The notes below the pieces were generated by a model that ran no database searches, was not told the DNA's origin, and saw only the letters and a list, made by a program, of their open reading frames with translations. 64,000 bases of DNA from Octopus bimaculoides (Eukaryota): NCBI RefSeq assembly GCF_001194135.2, contig NC_068990.1, positions 78,570,089 to 78,634,088 of the forward strand. Reading direction: 5' to 3'. This document shows, one piece after another, positions 52,515-64,000 of this stretch. Both the position numbers and the translations under genes were made by a program. Position 1 is the first letter of the stretch. Each line of letters starts with the position of its first letter.

Positions 52515-52705
52515 CCCAGTATATTGTGTTAAGTGGTTGGTGACAGGAAGAGCATCCAGCTGTAGAAATCTTGAGTCAAATGACTGATGCATGAAGTAAC
52601 AGCAGCAAGAGCAGTCAGACGTAACGACTCAGACAGGAACAACCTGTCCAATGCATACCAGCATGAAAAGGGGATGTAAAACAATGATGATGATGATGAT
52701 GATAT
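52515..52705 (+). mobile_element. RTE-tailed SINE or 3' UTR fragment
   Basis: gtggttggtgacaggaagagcatccagctgtagaaatc...ccaatgcataccagcatgaaaaggggatgtaaaac(gat)n. Confidence 0.75.
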
Positions 52706-54635
52706 AAGCATGGCTGCATGGTTAAGACATTTACTTCCCAACCACTTAACCAGCAGATTCCGGCTTTAGAGTTGCCAATCATTGCAAGTTCCAATGCACA
52801 ACATTTTTTTTCAATCAGACTTGCTTTCTGTGATGTGATTCACCTTCCATTGTTTCTGAGAGTTAGTTCAGTGCAGGCCAAGGCTAAACTGACATCTTAG
52901 AATCTGTTTCCGATATTCTAAAAGGATTCCATGATAAAAGTGAGATTTTTATGTTTCATCTTCTTTGCAAGATAGAGATGTTCCGTTAAAAAAAAGGAAA
53001 AAAGAAAGACAAAAAAGGCAATGAAAATTTACAAAAGATTTCTCGTAAGATTTTTGGGGTTTTTTTGAGAATTTTTCAAGTTGCCAAAATCTTAATAAGA
53101 AAATCAACTCAACATCCCTATATATATTGATAAAACCACTAATTAGGGTTTCTGAAATACAAACTGTAGGTTCCAGTTGTAATAAGAAAAGTAATGATTT
53201 CTCAGGTAGCTGTGGGGACTTATTTTTCTGTTGTTAGTAGAATAATCAGGTGAGTTGATAAGAAAAGCAAGAAAACTGTTAATCTAAAAAGATATTTCTA
53301 TTTTATTTATTTATTTAATCAATTATTATTGCTTTCTTTTCAAGGTCTTAACTGACAACAGATAAACCCAGAAATATACAAAAATGCAGCAATATTTCCA
53401 AATTCAAATAATCTCCTGTACAACTGTAGAAAGTATAAACACACAAACACACACAGATACATGTAGACAGAGACACACACACACACACACATGTAGACAA
53501 AGGCACAAACCAAGTAGCAAGCATTATGACTGCTCAATCTCATAGAAATAGTAACCGATGATGATGATCTTTCTCAAAACGTACTCAACACTCTTGAAAA
53601 GAGAAGTGCACATGGTATAATGTAGTTGTTGATTTATAACAGAAGGATAGAATGGAATGGTGAAAACTGGAATGCCATTATTATCCTAGCTCCTCTACTC
53701 ACAACTTATTTTATAATTTGAGGCCATTAAAACAAGGCTTTTATCAGAAGAGCTGAGTCTGGTGCGAAAAAGTTAACAAAATTGGAAAAATGTAAGAGTC
53801 AACAGCAAGAGGAGGCTGCTTGTGTTTTCTTTGCCTGCAGAGAGAATTTCTGTTTACGCTAATGTCATTCATAATGCTGTTTTGTAATTTACAATAGAAG
53901 GGGGGGGGAGCAGGTCAAAAGAAAGAACAGCCAAGGCACTGCATTGTTCTGCATCACCACTTCTCCAATGAAATAAAATACCTGGATTATGAATATGAAA
54001 CATTTACAAGGAATTATCTCTGGATAACTTTTACTTGTGAATATCCAGCAAGTGTTTGTGATGTTTGGACTGGTGCAGGATGTTCAAGAAATTAGTTGGT
54101 TGCTATGGTGAGAAACCCTAGTTTTGGCAGGTTTGATGGATGGACTAACAAAGTAACTGGAGGAATCCTTTCAGGGAAGAATTGGTTTGCAGGAGAAAAA
54201 TGTCCAAAATACAATTCAAGTCAAGTTTCTAAGCGGAATCGGAAAGATAACTGATTTAGCATTGTTCTACCTAATGCTAAAATGGCTGAGTGTGTGTGTA
54301 TACACACTTGCCTGTATACAGATGGGGTATATACGAGTGCCATGGGAATGTATGTATACGTACTGAAAATATATAATGCAAGTGTGTTGAATGCTTCTGG
54401 ACATGTTTGTGAATGGAAAGTGTGATTGTACACGAGCATTCAGTACATGTGTTACGGTGTGTGTATATGTATGAACACACACACACACACACGCATTAAA
54501 AAGATTGCTGCATGTGGACTTAAGGAAGGGAGGGAAAGAAAAAGGGAAACCGACCTAATTAATTCAGAAACTCCATAGCTTGAAGCAGAAATGCATATCA
54601 GCTCTAAATGGACAACAGCAGCACACATACACATG

Positions 54636-54683
<48 letters not shown>

Positions 54684-54834
54684 GTGGGGGTTGAAACACA
54701 ACCATTTTTAAGGAACCTTAATTCCACACTATGCACAGTTTCAAATAGTATTTTAAATAAAATATATAAAAATTAGGGTAATGTGACACCCATCCCATAC
54801 CCCTTGCATATACCCCCACACACACACACAATTA

Positions 54835-55050
54835 AATACTTTTATTCTTTTACTTGTTTCAGTCATTTGACTATGGCCTTGCTGGAGCATCACCTTTAGT
54901 TGAGTAAACCAACCTCAAGACTTTGTAAGCCTAGTACTTATTCTATCAGTCTCTTTTGCCGAACCGCTAAGTTACAGGGTCATAAACACACCAGCATCAA
55001 TTGTCAAGCGATGTTGGGGGAACAAACACAGACACACAAACATATACACA
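54835..55050 (-). mobile_element. CORE-type SINE S2, 3' part
   Basis: ttattcttttacttgtttcagtcatttgac...gccgaaccgctaagttacaggg...gtcaagcgatg. Confidence 0.85.
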
Positions 55051-56370
55051 CTTTGATTTAGTTCTGTGGATCCTGATGAAAATGTTTGATTAGTCCCCTT
55101 CAGTTGTAGTTTGTGAAACGAAACCTTGATCAACAACAATAATACAAACCACAAGAACAATAACAACAACATGACAAGACAAGTGAGAGAGAATTCTAAA
55201 TGGAAGTCATGACAATAATGTTAGTCTTACTGATGTAAATAAGTATAATTGTATTTATCTCATTTGGGGAATGTTAGAACCAGTTTCATTCCTACTTGAA
55301 GACTCATCAGGGAATGATTAACCAATCAGTTTTGATTTATGTTCAATATGGATAACTATTAGCTGTTGGGTCGATTTGTGGGCATAAAATATGGTCACTT
55401 GTTCTTCGGTGGGTCTCCACATTCATATGAAATTAGGACCAGAATTATTTTTGCTCAGGGAGAGAGAAAAATATTTGCTTACATAGGTTTGCACTAAATA
55501 CAGCAAAGCTGCAAAAACTGTCAGTGTTAAAACTCAGATTATCCAATAAATGCTGAGTAGAGCATGGTTAATTAACAAGGATATCAATAAAAATAATAAT
55601 ATTAACAACATCCACAACAGTTATAGCAATTAACAGCACAAACAATCAACATCAGTTGGGAAACTTAAAATTAAAAAATATATATATATAAGATAACAAA
55701 AATAATAAAATGCAAAGTTTTTCACTTGGCTGAGTACACCAGATTGTGTTGAAATCATCAACATGGGTTTGATTGGTTTGTGTCAAGCCATAGTTGTGCA
55801 TTATCAGTGCTGACAAAGTCTAGACACAAACAACAATGACAACACATCAATAAATCCATAGACATCGTTCTTACTAATAAAGTCCAACCAAGATTTCTTT
55901 GCAGGAATCAAATAAATAAACAACTCGTTGATTTGTTACAGTGGAAACCACTGTATAGATTGATTTCTCTCTCTCTCTCTCTCTCTCTGTCCTAATTACT
56001 CTATTTTCTCTCTCTCTCTGGTCTAATTATCTATGAAATGAGGGGAAAAAAATGAAGCTAACATCATCCTCACTCCATCCCCAGCCACATTTATTGATAA
56101 ACATCACCAGTGAAACTCTGCTCACTACTCAATAACTAAGAAGTGGTCAATCTAACCAACAATACCTGAGAGCTCTGACTAATTGCATTTCATGAGAAGG
56201 TAATGTTCTCACTATCAACACCAGCTGGACATTTGCCATTAATAAGAAAATCAATTATACATTATATCTACATTATATACACATGCATACACTCACTCAA
56301 ACATGCAGAGACACATGGGTCAGTTAACACAACCGAAATCTATGTTAGTGTCTGAAATGTCAAGAAATGG

Positions 56371-56476
56371 GAGATATCTCTGTACTTGATGAAAATATTT
56401 TTGTACTTTAAGGAAATATCTCTGTACTTTGGGTAGCTATTTCAGTACTTTAGGAAGATATCTCAGCACTTTAGCG
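56371..56476. repeat. Diverged 21-bp minisatellite, 5 units
   Basis: g(t/c)actt at 56382, 56403, 56424, 56445 and 56466. Confidence 0.85.
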
Positions 56477-57669
56477 AGAAACTCATAATAAATCATGTTG
56501 AGTCTTGGAAGGGTCATTATGCCAATAACAATAACAACACATACACTGGTTCAATTTCCTTTCTTTAGTGTTAGTGAATTGGTTAAATATTAAATAGAGA
56601 GGCACATGAATGTACACACACAACCACACACACACACATACTCTTTTTTTTACTCTCACTCTTTCTTTCTCTTGTAAACAACCACACAGGCATTAGACTA
56701 ACTCTGAGACAGACTCAAAGCAGACCTTGAAGAGAGACAGCAGGTCATTGATGAGGCCAAGAATAGTGATGAAAGGAGGACTTTAACAAACAAACATCTG
56801 ATTTAATCAATACATTAAACAAATGATTGATTAGTTGGGCAATTAGATATATCACTGATTGACTACCAATAAAGAAGTGGTATTGAACCAGTGCATGTCT
56901 TTATTATTATTTGTGTAATGACCCTCTCAAGACAAGATTTATTCAACAGACAAATTCACATCAAGAATCTTGCAAACCAAACACAAAAACGTCATGAAAT
57001 ATCAATTTAAGCAAAGATTCAGACAGAGATTATTGTCGTTACCAACAATAACAGTATCCTATTCTATCCAGCTTTGTTGTTATAATTAGAAATGATGCAA
57101 CGAGGACCGAAACTTTGGCAATACCAACTTTTAACAAATTGTTAACTCACAAATTAACCCTTTCTATGTTTTGTGCCGAGACTAATGAAACAATTCTGGT
57201 GAGAGCTGAACTTAGTTTTTAGGCATTTCAGAGCTGAATCACCAATTTCTTTCTTAAGTTCTTTAGTAAATATCAATGTAGATGTATCAATATGGCTCTT
57301 TACATAAACCACACAAGATTGAGTCACAAGAGGAGAAAGTACCACAAATCGATTTCAACCACATCACAGAAGCAAGCTAATGAGGGGTCACACAACTTGC
57401 TAAAAGTAACAAGTAAATCACCCTTAAGTTACACCTTAATGTCTTAAAAAGGGAAAAACATTGTATACATACACTATGTCAAGAAACATTGGAATGAACA
57501 GGGCTAGAACACTTTTGGTCACAGGTTTTCTCAACTGGGGTTAACTTTGAGTTAAAAAAAACAACATAAGTATGAAAAAAGCAGCTTTAAATTGCTAATG
57601 GATATGTTAGCAACACTGAATGTGTGTGTGTGTTTACTTACACCCCTACACATTTATTTTTGTGTGTGA

Positions 57670-57805
57670 GTGATACAGACTCTCTCTCTCTCTCTCTCGT
57701 GTGTGTGTGTCTGTGTGTGTGATGCAGGCTCCCTCTCTCGTGTGTGTGTCTGTGTGTGTGATGCAGGCTCCCTCTCTCGTGTGTGTGTGTGTGTGTGTGT
57801 GTGTA
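57670..57805. repeat. 39-bp tandem duplication of a compound (CT)n(GT)n unit
   Basis: gatgcaggctccctctctcgtgtg at 57721 and 57760; diverged gatacagactct near 57672. Confidence 0.85.
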
Positions 57806-58179
57806 AAGTCTTTATTGTTTATCTCTAAAATGTTCACTGATGCATTAAATGGACAATCAGTGAACAGGCTGCAGATGTCTGATGTAATGTTTTCAGAGAA
57901 AGACATAGCCAAACACCAGTGGTCCAATAAAATCCATGAATGAGAGAGACAGGTAATTGAAGCAAAAATTGTGACCTGGGCAACAGGCTGGAAAAAAGCA
58001 TTAAATATTACAAAGAAAGTTAGCACAGAGTCTTTTTTCAGTTTTTCTATTTACTTTGTTTATTAATAGTAAACTGTGACTAACCCAAATATAATAACAA
58101 ACATTTCTATGTATAATATCAAGTAAAATTGCTTGGTCATAGCAAAGAAAATAACAACTTGGAGGTATTTCATTTAAAT

Positions 58180-58375
58180 TCATCATCATCATTGTTTAAC
58201 GTCCACTTTCCATGCTGGCATGGGTCGGACGGTTTGACTGAAAACTGGTAAGCTGGGGAGCTGCACCAGGTTCCACTCAGATCTGGCAAGGTTTCTATGG
58301 CTGGATTCCCTTCCTGATGCCAACCACTCCAAGAGTGTAGTGGGTGCTATTTACATGCCACTGGCATCAGCCATG
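58180..58375 (-). mobile_element. RTE 3' UTR or RTE-tailed SINE copy
   Basis: (cat)n tttaacgtccactttccatgctggcatgggt...ctggattcccttcctgatgccaaccactcc...gtgggtgctatttacatgccactggcat. Confidence 0.85.
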
Positions 58376-58879
58376 ACTTCTCTTGGTAAATGTTGAATGT
58401 CACAAAATCTTCCCTTTACAAGTTTAAAATCATTTATCAAAGCAAGAAATCAATATCATCGATATTGAACAAATTGAAAGTGGTGGTGGTGGTGGCGGTG
58501 GTGGTGGCACAGATGGCTGGCTTTAAGTTTCTCTCCAGACCAGAAACATATCCAAAACCTACAATCCGGCCACTTAACTTGCTGCTGCTTGGACAGCATT
58601 CCCGCCTCCCCACCGTCCAATCATTCTTTACTATGTTTTGCTCTATCCCCACCACCCACCCTGCTGTTATTTAATTGTCCTCACCTTTTCTTTGTAAGAT
58701 ATACTTCAACCATTTTCATTTGCTTCCTCTCCTTTTACAAACAACAAACACAGTAAAACTGCTGCTGTAAAGAACAACGACACACCTTGCAATCAACGGG
58801 ACTCCAGAAGAACCCACCTTAAATGGCTGCTTTGCTATTCACCAACCCCAAAAGGTGTTTTGTGTCTAACAAATAGAAA

Positions 58880-59100
58880 GCATGGATACTGCTTTCAATT
58901 TTTGACACAAAACCAGTAATTTAGGGGGTAAAGGGTAAGTTGATTGCATTAACCTCAGTGCTCAGCTGGGACTTATTTTATTGACCCCAAAAGGATGAAA
59001 GGCAAAGCTGACCTCAATGGGATTTGAACTCAGAACATAAAGACAGGTGAAATTCCGCCAAGCATTTTGCCCAGTGTGCTAACGATCCTGCAAGCTCATT
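58880..59100 (-). mobile_element. S1 SINE
   Basis: gacacaaaaccagtaatttaggggg...ttgaccccaaaaggatgaaaggcaaagctgacc...gctaacgatcctgcaagctc. Confidence 0.85.
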
Positions 59101-59964
59101 GTCTGGAGAAAACATGGATATATATTAATTAGTGTAATGAAGGGATTGTTGGAAATTGATGAAGAAACCATGTGGGGGTAGATTAATGAAGGGCTGTTGT
59201 GGGGATTGACTAATTAACTAATTACACTTTTAGAGTATTTAATCTTTCAATAATGGAGTTGGACATTGTCTTTTAATAATTTTTCAGTTTGACAAAATAA
59301 GTACCAGTAATACAATGAGATGAATTAATTCTGGCTGAGAAAATAATTGGTCCGTACTTCTTTGAGAAAATTTCTGAATAAATTTTGAATAAAAAGAAAG
59401 AAAAGCATTGATAACAAAAAACACATACATAAAAATAGAAACACCTGTTGAAAAGTATACATGTGTAGAGTACAAGCATATATTATTATATATATATATA
59501 TACACACGTACCTACTTGCATACATATATATACACACACCTACCAATCTGCATACATATACACACAAACACACCTATATAATATACATACACACACACAC
59601 AGTTACCTACATGTATAGATACATATACACACCTAGATATAATAAATCCCTCTACCTACACACACCCACACCTTCCTACTTACCTACATATATACATATA
59701 CAACCACCCACCGACCTACATTCATCTATGCACACACACCCTCCTAGTTACCTACTTATACACACATACACCTTGTATCTACCTAGGAAACACCTCCCTA
59801 CCTCTCCCCAACCACACACAAGCAGCCAGTTTGTCTTTAACTTTTCAGGTGACTCACAAGATTTTTTTTACCACAACTGCTCCACTTCTGCCTCCACCCA
59901 ACCTCTTCCACAACTTGGAGGGGAGGGGGAGGAGAAGAACCAGAACTATTTACTTACAATACTT

Positions 59965-60004
<40 letters not shown>

Positions 60005-60104
60005 AACACACACTTTATATATATATATGTATGTATGTATTTATGTATGTATATCTTTCACACACACTCAATCACTTTCTCACACATATTCTATATTTCT
60101 CTTG

Positions 60105-60147
<43 letters not shown>

Positions 60148-60959
60148 ATCATTTCATCTTTCTCTCTCTCTCTCTCTCTTCTGGTGTCATTTACAACTGT
60201 TATCATGGGTGACCTTGACCATGTCACCACCATCACTACTGCTGTCACTGCCACCACCACCACAACCACCACCACCACCACCACCACCACCACCAATGGA
60301 GAAAGGAATTTTTACATTTAAAGAGAGAGAGTGGGGGTGGGGAAGCAGAAAAGAAACAGGGTAAAAGGGAGATAAAAAGAAAGAGAGGGTGGGGAGAGCA
60401 AATATGAGATAGAAAAAAAGATAGAGTAGAATGGAAGATAGAGAGAGAGAGAGAGAGAGATAGAGAGAGTATGGAGAATCCTTATCAATAAGTGTAATGA
60501 AATAGCTTGTCGCTGATAAAGCAAACACACACACACACACACACTGACTCGTTAATTGCTTCATAATCCACAATGATCCGTAGAAATGGGACTTCGTTCC
60601 AGTTTAAGGCATTGAAAACAGTTACCACAGCACAACAATAAGGATCTGTGTTTGATGACAGCAGATAAAATTAATTATATTTATCACCCCACACCCCACT
60701 ATTATCATCCCACTATGGGGTGGGGTGAAGGAACAGAGTGAGACGCATGGAATTATATTCCTTACCTGGAAAACTCTGAGCTGATATCCAAGGGCTCAAC
60801 CCTTTCATCTCAAACATTAAGAATCAAGATGGTGGGGGGTGGGGGTATCACTGATCAAACAAGATGATGATTGGATGGAAAATGGAGTGAAGGGGTTTGT
60901 AAGGATTTCTTCTAGTTTTACACTTTAGTCAAGAGGATAGGAGCAGTGTTGATGACCTT

Positions 60960-61345
60960 TTAGGGTAGTGACCCCTCTGAAATTGGTCAGTGACATAGTT
61001 GATGTTCAGTTTGGGTGTTTTGTAAGTGAACGTATGCAGAGAAAACGTGGTTGGGAAGAGGATCCCAGAGAAAGGTTTGTGTCTTATGGAATGGGAAGTT
61101 GGAAAAGGCTTCTACAAGACACAAGAAGTTTTCTGAAAAACTCTTGTACCATATTTAAGGCAGTGTTTGAGGTAAAGCATGAAGGGCAAGATGTAGTCTG
61201 TCTGGTGCACATAACCAACAATCTCTTGCAGGCACCAAAACTAGTAAAAGATTTTATGTTTGAAGTTGTCCAACTTTTAATCTGGTTACCTTCTATAGTT
61301 GTTAGGTTCAGACACCAAACCCCATTATATAACTGGAGCAGCTGA
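60960..61345 (-). mobile_element. Possible ancient I/Jockey-like LINE post-RT fragment
   Basis: Frameshifted SAAPV.W, FGACK, VGYVHQTDYILP, GTRVFQK weakly resemble the post-RT region of I/Jockey LINEs. Confidence 0.3.
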
Positions 61346-61419
61346 GGACACAGTAGTGCTTTGTCCTAGAAACATGCTTTAACTCTAGGGGGTTGCTCAT
61401 CCAGTATGAGCGACCCCTA

Positions 61420-61620
61420 CATTTAAGCTGATAGAATCGTTAGCACACTGAACAAAATGCTTTGCAGCATCTGTTTTTATGTTTTGAGTTCCAATTCCAC
61501 CAAAGTTGCCTTTCATGGTTGATAAAATAAAGTACCAATCAAGTACTGCGGTTGATCTCATCAACTAGACGCCCCCCCCCCTCCCTGCAAAATTTCTGGT
61601 CCTGGACTTACAACAGAAAG
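61420..61620 (+). mobile_element. S1 SINE, decayed
   Basis: agctgatagaatcgttagcacactgaacaaaatgc...gagttccaattcc...gcctttcat...aagtacc. Confidence 0.75.
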
Positions 61621-62259
61621 GAGTAATTTATAAATTAAATCATTTTATTTTGACAGACACTAGCAAAGGAGAGAGAGGGGGGAGGGAGGGAGAGAGAGAG
61701 GAGGAAGGGGAAGAGTTATGTGAAACTAATTCAGCCACACAACCATTCTACTAGAAATAGCAGCAAAATCTCCCTCAAATCACACCATGCTGTCTTATAG
61801 AAAAGAAAGAAGGCCCCGGAAAAAGTACTCGTAGAAAAACTATGGTTGAACAGAAGCCACAATGGTCACCATGGCCAGAACACCTTTGAACATGGATCTG
61901 CTTAATCATAGCTACCAACAACTACAACCTAGTTTAGCTTAGGCTTTAATTCATGCACATACATGCGTATGTGTGCAGCTATAATATAATGGAGTTCTTG
62001 CTTCACAACAAACATGTAATTATTTCAATCCAAGCATAAGGTTTTATTACCATTTTCAATACAATTCATGTCTTCTCTGGTTTTTGTGCAACTTAATAGA
62101 TTTATACAGGAGAAAGTTCTTCAGTTTGAGAATAAAAAAGATATTTAGACAAGTTTATAAATATTAAAGTTAATTTGTTTTAATAAACAGAGTGTTGTTA
62201 CATCTTCTGAAATTAATTTTGCCCCAACATGTGGTCTAAATACCATTATATATAATATG

Positions 62260-62530
62260 TGAGGGTGCATGGCCTAGTGGTTAGGGTGTTGTACTTATGA
62301 TTGTGAGACTGTGGTTTCAATTCCTGGAATGGGTGATACAGTATGTTCTTGAGCAAAACACTTCACCTTACACTGCTCTGCTATCACATTGACACCTGAT
62401 GCATGGTACACCGAGTACCTGTTCAGGTAACATCCATTTGATGGAGGAAGTGAGCCAACGTACCACCGCTTGATCACCTGACCCCTAGAAACAAATCATT
62501 TGAGCAGGTCATTCGGTAAAAAAGCTGAAC
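62260..62530 (+). mobile_element. tRNA-derived CORE-type SINE, different body
   Basis: tggcctagtggttaggg (A box), ggtttcaattcc (B box), ttcttgagcaaaacacttcac core. Confidence 0.65.
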
Positions 62531-62814
62531 ACTCGTATGTCAGCGTTGACGGGGTGGGGGTGGGTCCATCATATATATTTATCATCATCATCATATATAT
62601 ATATATAAAGAATGTCAACTGGTAAAATAAATATATTCATCTCATACCTCCTCACTTTCCACTCCTCATGAAATAATCTTCACTGATTAGATTTATTGTT
62701 TCAGCTTCATAGGACTCTAAATCACACCCCTATGTATTGGTCTACAATGTGGTTTGAAGCCTGGTCCACTAAAAGAGCTTCTTTGAGATTAGCAATGGAT
62801 TAGATTAAATTCAT

Positions 62815-64000
62815 ATCTGGCAATGTCGGCTATAGCCTAGTCACCCGTATTACGAACCAGGTGATACACGAAGGAGTCATACCCAATGACTGGTGTAGCA
62901 GCACCATAATCAACTGCTACAAAGGTAAAGGTGACGCTTTAGATACAAATAATTACAGAGGTATCAAGCTTTTAGATCAGGTAATGAAAGTCACGGAGAG
63001 GGCCATAGCTCAACTGCTTAGGGAGCGAGTCAGTTTAGATGAGATGCAGTTTGGGTTTGTGCCTGGTAAGACAGCTTCAGGAGAAATACCTAGCCAAGGA
63101 TAAACCTCTGTTCCTGGCTTTTGTTGATATGGAGAAAGCCTTTGNNNNNNNNNNNNNNNNNNNNNNNNNNNNNNNNNNNNNNNNNNNNNNNNNNNNNNNN
63201 NNNNNNNNNNNNNNNNNNNNNNNNNNNNNNNNNNNNNNNNNNNNNNNNNNNNNNNNNNNNNNNNNNNNNNNNNNNNNNNNNNNNNNNNNNNNNNNNNNNN
63301 NNNNNNNNNNNNNNNNNNNNNNNNNNNNNNNNNNNNNNNNNNNNNNNNNNNNNNNNNNNNNNNNNNNNNNNNNNNNNNNNNNNNNNNNNNNNNNNNNNNN
63401 NNNNNNNNNNNNNNNNNNNNNNNNNNNNNNNNNNNNNNNNNNNNNNNNNNNNNNNNNNNNNNNNNNNNNNNNNNNNNNNNNNNNNNNNNNATAGTTCTCC
63501 AGGCCATAACAGAGGAATTCAAGACAGGATGCCCCTGGGAGCTCCTCTATGCTGATGACCTTGCACTAATTGCTGAGTCACTATCACAATTAGAGGAGAA
63601 GTTTCAGGTATGGAAGCAAGGACTAGAACTGAAGGGCCTTAGAGTCAACCTAGCTAAAACCAAAGTCCTCATAAGTAGGAAGGCAGACAAAACACAAACC
63701 CCTTCGGGTAGATGGCCCTGCTCAATCTGTAGAAAAGGAGTGGGAAGTAACTCTATAAGATGCACCCAGTGCAAGCTATGGACACATAAGAGGTGCAGCA
63801 ATATCAAAGGAAGGTTAACTAGGAAGTTAGTTGTTTGCAGCAGATGTTCTGGAGCTATAAATACTGAGAATGTGCAGAAAACAACTTCTGCTACATTCCA
63901 GGGAGAAAAACTAGAAGTGGTTGATAGCTTCCGCTATCTTGGTGACCAAATTAGCAGTGGAGGTGGGTGCACTGAAAGCGTAGCTGCTAGAATTAGAATA
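62815..64000 (+). mobile_element. Young 5'-truncated RTE LINE: RT domain with an in-frame PHD finger; continues past the window end; N gap 63145-63490
   Basis: IPNDW..STIINCYKGKGDALDTNNYRGIKLL, EMQFGFVPG, FVDMEKAF. 63491-64000 is an open frame of 170 codons with LLYADD (63548), LRVNLAKTK, C4HC3 (63719-63847) and FRYLGD. Confidence 0.95.

Noticed and set aside
59461-60573. 286-, 177- and 128-aa ORFs
   Set aside because: Composed of (CA)n, (TA)n, (CT)n and (CAC)n low complexity with no domain.

Overview
Eukaryotic, AT-rich, microsatellite-dense DNA from a draft assembly with N gaps. The SINE, RTE and MITE families resemble those I recall from octopus, so the taxon is inferred rather than proven. 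I found no convincing host protein-coding exon, rRNA, true tRNA gene or CRISPR array; nearly all short ORFs in the track are microsatellite or antisense artefacts. The window is a layered transposon landscape. It holds three R4/Dong-type (RLE) LINE pieces, several RTE LINE pieces, an internally deleted mariner, two hAT MITEs with 8-bp TSDs, three piggyBac-type MITEs, and many tRNA-derived SINEs. One RTE family has a PHD finger inside its RT and a tandem hairpin/pseudoknot 3' UTR; another, BovB-like, ends in three C2H2 fingers. The most interesting signals are RNA-structural: a minimal type I hammerhead ribozyme in the loop of a 73-bp inverted repeat (126-346), a second hammerhead inside a hairpin-rich insert in the mariner (48191-48233), and the 115-bp array of hairpin plus H-type pseudoknot units in the RTE 3' UTR. 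Coordinates of decayed repeats are approximate.
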